From Candidatus Kuenenia stuttgartensis (lineage in GTDB: Bacteria; Planctomycetota; Brocadiia; Brocadiales; Brocadiaceae), in NCBI RefSeq assembly GCF_900232105.1, contig NZ_LT934425.1, positions 1,110,001 through 1,142,000 of the forward strand: 32,000 nt of DNA, read 5' to 3'. Positions 30,979 to 32,000 of this stretch are shown piece after piece; the first letter of the stretch is position 1; every line of letters begins with the position of its first letter. Both the position numbers and the translations under genes were made by a program. The notes beneath the pieces are model-generated. The model was not told the DNA's origin. It searched no databases and saw nothing but the letters and a program-made list of their open reading frames with translations.

Positions 30979-32000
30979 ATGGAAAGATATATTTGTATTC
31001 ACGGCCATTTTTATCAACCGCCAAGAGAAAATCCCTGGCTGGAAGATGTGGAACTTCAGGATTCGGCATATCCCTATCATGACTGGAATGAGAGAATAAC
31101 CGCCGAGTGTTATGCACCGAATGCTGCTTCGAGCATTCTCGACGTTGACGGAAGAATAGTAGATATCGTAAATATATATTCAAAGATAAGCTTTAACTTC
31201 GGCCCTACCCTGCTTTCATGGATGGAAAAGCATAAACCAGGCGTTTACCAGGCAATTCTTGAAGCTGACAAATTGAGCCGTGAACATTTTTCCGGGCATG
31301 GCTCAGCTTTGGCTCAAATATACAACCACATGATCATGCCACTTGCCAATAAAAGAGACAAGTATACGCAGGTTATATGGGGACTAAGGGATTTTCAATC
31401 AAGATTCGGAAGAGATGCGGAAGGCATGTGGCTTCCGGAAACTGCCGTAAATACCAAAACCCTTGAGGTACTGGTGGAACTGGGAATAAAATTCACCATA
31501 CTGGCGCCCCGCCAGGCCCAGAAAATGAAAAGAATGGAGAGCCATGCTTGGAAAGATATGGGAAACGGGGAAATAGACCCTACAACACCCTATCTTTGCA
31601 GACTCCCCTCAGGACGAAGCATTTGCATCTTTTTTTACGACGGGCCTATTTCACAGGACCTCGCATTTGGCGGTTTGCTGGAAAATGGAGAAAATTTCGC
31701 AACTCGATTGCTTTCCGCATTTACCGAAAACAGGGACTGGCCTCAGCTTGTGCATATTGCAACAGATGGCGAAACATACGGACATCACCATTTTAAAGGG
31801 GATATGGCGCTTGCGTACTGCCTATATCATATAGAGTCAAAAAATCTGGCGAAAATTACAAATTATGGGGAGTATCTCGAGAAACATCCGCCAAAATTCG
31901 AGGCGGAAATAAAAGAAAATACTTCATGGAGCTGTATTCACGGAATTGAAAGATGGAAAAATAATTGCGGATGTTGTTCCGGCAGCCATCCAGGCTGGAC
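30979..32000 (+). CDS. Glycoside hydrolase family 57 protein (3' end outside the window)
   Basis: ATG at 30979, and frame 1 stays open to the window end. It is absent from the ORF track only because no stop is reached. MERYICIHGHFYQPPRENPW..., HMIMPLA, GMWLPETAV and ATDGETYGHH are GH57 signatures. Confidence 0.8.
   Translation, partial: MERYICIHGHFYQPPRENPWLEDVELQDSAYPYHDWNERITAECYAPNAASSILDVDGRIVDIVNIYSKISFNFGPTLLSWMEKHKPGVYQAILEADKLSREHFSGHGSALAQIYNHMIMPLANKRDKYTQVIWGLRDFQSRFGRDAEGMWLPETAVNTKTLEVLVELGIKFTILAPRQAQKMKRMESHAWKDMGNGEIDPTTPYLCRLPSGRSICIFFYDGPISQDLAFGGLLENGENFATRLLSAFTENRDWPQLVHIATDGETYGHHHFKGDMALAYCLYHIESKNLAKITNYGEYLEKHPPKFEAEIKENTSWSCIHGIERWKNNCGCCSGSHPGW

Overview
AT-rich bacterial chromosomal window made up mostly of housekeeping genes. 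All product calls come from motif recognition in the supplied translations, since no database search was possible, and the taxon cannot be established from the window alone.

Layout, left to right:
- Plus strand: hisG (3' part), a TPR lipoprotein, yebC.
- Minus strand: ftsH.
- A near-consensus sigma70 promoter with tRNA-Phe(GAA), then a 215-bp MITE-like element.
- ctpA (+) and surE (-).
- A complete IS1380-family insertion sequence with 16-bp IRs and a 5-bp TSD.
- An exported SHOCT-domain protein.
- An uninterrupted minus-strand string: radA <- clpC <- mcsB <- mcsA <- HPS/RraA fusion <- queD <- mutL.
- A 518-bp divergent intergenic region.
- A plus-strand GlgE-pathway alpha-glucan operon: glgE, treS/pep2, a UPF0175/PIN-like toxin-antitoxin pair, glgB, treZ, and a GH57 gene that runs off the window.

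Most notable observations:
1. The toxin-antitoxin cassette sits exactly in the translationally coupled treS-pep2/glgB junction. It is bracketed by a perfect 47-bp direct repeat of that junction, so both flanking genes stay intact.
2. In a block of about 9 kb (roughly 1.95-10.9 kb), every protein-coding gene is broken by several single-base indels. The 1.9 kb to the left and 21 kb to the right contain none. Consensus error is the most likely cause and needs checking.
3. The MITE-like element has 17-bp TIRs and an 8-bp TSD and lies next to tRNA-Phe.
4. A Firmicute-style mcsA-mcsB-clpC-radA cassette lacks ctsR and is packed directly behind an HPS-RraA fusion and queD.

No rRNA, CRISPR array, prophage or recognisable defence island was seen.
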